Shown here one piece after another: positions 62,013 to 64,000 of a stretch of 64,000 nucleotides of DNA. The position numbers and the translations under genes are program-made. Source of the DNA: Torpedo marmorata (taxonomy: Eukaryota); contig OZ360246.1 of assembly GCA_977017645.1 (NCBI GenBank), positions 9,610,001 to 9,674,000 of the forward strand, given 5' to 3'. Numbering within the stretch: position 1 is the first letter of the stretch; the number at the start of each line of letters is the position of its first letter. Under the pieces are notes generated by a model. That model ran no database searches. It saw only the letters and a list, made by a program, of their open reading frames with translations, and had not been told where the DNA came from.

Positions 62013-62156
62013 GAGTAAAACACAAAAGTCTGCAGACGCAGTGATTGAAGTAAAAACACAATCCTGGAGAAACTCAGCAAGTCAAATAGCGTCCTTTATA
62101 TAGCAAAGATAGATACATAACCAACGTTTTGGGCTTGAGCCCTTCATCAAGGTATA
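62013..62156 (-). mobile_element. Penelope-like terminus with hammerhead-like motif
   Basis: Reverse complement reads TACC-TTGATGA-A-GGGC-TCAA-GCCC-AAAA-CGTT-GGTTATG; flanked by a CTGATTCTTTGAG-like direct repeat (about 62004 and 62162). Confidence 0.78.
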
Positions 62157-62660
62157 AAAGACTGATTCTTTGAGCTTGCCAATGGGATGTGTGAAGTTGT
62201 AGACGGGTTGTGGGCACCACCTGAACTCGGGTCACAGCAGGAATGTTGGCTGCCATCGATGCTTCGCCACAGACTACTTCATCGACCACATCATCTTCTG
62301 CCAGTTTTGCATTGCAGCATATACATGGTTTGTGAAGGCAGTTTTGTTTACGGGTCATACATTGTGAATATGCAGAGCCAGCCAGAAGTAAACAGAAGCT
62401 GCTTAAATCTGAACAAAGCTACCAACCATAATTAAACGTGTTCTGCAAATCTAAATGGGATGAAAATTTTAAAATTCAGATCATTCAGCAAATTCAAATT
62501 GATTTTGATCTTGAATTAAAAATTTCTGATGGATTTATGGAATTCCTAGCAGAGAAATTTTAAAAATACATTGACAGTCTTTGTAGCTAATGTGTCCCGC
62601 TACATAAAATACAAAATCCTTCAATGAGACATTTTCCCTGTGATGTCTTGTTACTTAAAC

Positions 62661-62912
62661 GGTGCGGTTAGCGTAGCAGTTAGCGCAACGCTGTTACAGC
62701 ACTAGCAATCGGGACCGGGGTTTGAATCCCGCGCTGTCTGTAAGGAGTTTGTATATTCTCCCTGTGTCTGCGTGGGTTTCCTCCAGGTGCTCCAGTTTCC
62801 TCCCACCGTTCAAAACGTACCGGGGGTTGTAGGTTAATTGGGTGCAATTGGGCGGCATGAGCTCATGGGTCGAAATGGCCTGTTACCATACTCTATGTCT
62901 AAATTAAAATTA
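62661..62912 (+). mobile_element. V-SINE (HE1-like)
   Basis: Homologous to 15668. Confidence 0.85.
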
Positions 62913-63163
62913 ATCAGCTGAGGTGTTGCCTTTCCAGCACCCATTTAAATTGACTTTGACCAGAAATCTACTTGAATGATGTTTCCTGCAGGAGAAATGA
63001 TTGGAACTAGTCCTTTGCCACATGGTCCTGGATCATAGTCGGTGCTGATTCTAATGTCCATTTGTCTGGACTGAGACTAAGAGAGATGCAATTCAATATC
63101 TGCACATCCCTACTGTCAGGTGTTGCAAACCTTCCAGCAGCATTTGCAACTTTAATTAAATAG

Positions 63164-63367
<204 letters not shown>

Positions 63368-63811
63368 TAATAACCTGCTAGTGCCACAGACAGGCATTTT
63401 GGGATTATAATAGATTTACATCAAATTGATTGTATTTTTTAAACTGCTCGACCAAAGTAATAATTTGATTTCAATACCTTCTGTGATTTCTAAAAAGGTA
63501 AAATAGTACTATTATAATTCTATTGTGAAAACAACAGTGAAACAGTGATAACACTGCAGGGAGTATTATTTCTGTCTCCGCAGCACTTGGCTGCAGATGT
63601 CTGAGGAATAGAAAATGTTGGAAATGCTCAGGTCAGGCAGCATCTGTGGAGTAGGAATCAACACTTTTTTTTTTCCCCCTCTCCAGCCATTCTGCCTGAA
63701 CAGCTGAGTATTTTGGGCATTTCCCCTTATTATTGCCTTGTGTAGCTAGTTCTGTGAGCCAAACTCGTACCTATTTGAAGTTCACCTGAATGTTTATCTC
63801 CCAACTTACAG

Positions 63812-63897
63812 CTGACGAAGAGGCACCGGATTATGGATCAGGTGTTCGCCAATCAGGGACTGCTAAAATCTCATTTGACGATGAGTATTTCAGAGAG
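63812..63897 (+). CDS. KIF1B: KIF1B-beta exon
   Basis: ttacag|CT; (A)[28 protein letters not shown]; GAG|gtatgg; 86 nt. Confidence 0.96.
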
Positions 63898-64000
63898 GTA
63901 TGGCAATCTTTCAACCCACAATAGTAGAGTTGCTTCTCTATACAAATCAAGTGGCGGCGCGGCGCTGGTGCAGACCCGCAGAGAGAGGGGAGCGGAGACA

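Overview
Vertebrate genomic DNA, most likely a cartilaginous fish (inferred from HE1-like V-SINEs, CR1 LINEs and Penelope fragments). The whole window lies inside the kinesin-3 gene KIF1B on the + strand. Fifteen internal exons with GT-AG boundaries splice into one continuous frame running from the neck/CC1 region through the FHA domain and CC2 into the beta-type stalk. A large alternative terminal exon (28820-30268) encodes the KIF1B-alpha tail ending ETTV. The introns are rich in CR1, Rex/Babar-like, L1/Tx1-like and Penelope-like retroelements, tRNA-derived SINEs, and hAT- and TcMar-type MITEs, and there are two assembly gaps. The most interesting signals are four: (1) a candidate 63-nt cassette exon that re-encodes GVFSPKK with only synonymous changes; (2) a candidate in-frame 12-nt microexon; (3) dispersed minimal hammerhead-ribozyme-like motifs in Penelope termini, several in sense orientation and some within head-to-head hairpin mini-elements; (4) a promoter-like CpG-rich insertion downstream of the alpha stop codon. 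Repeat-family names come from motif recognition, not database searches, and repeat boundaries are approximate unless TIRs or TSDs are cited.
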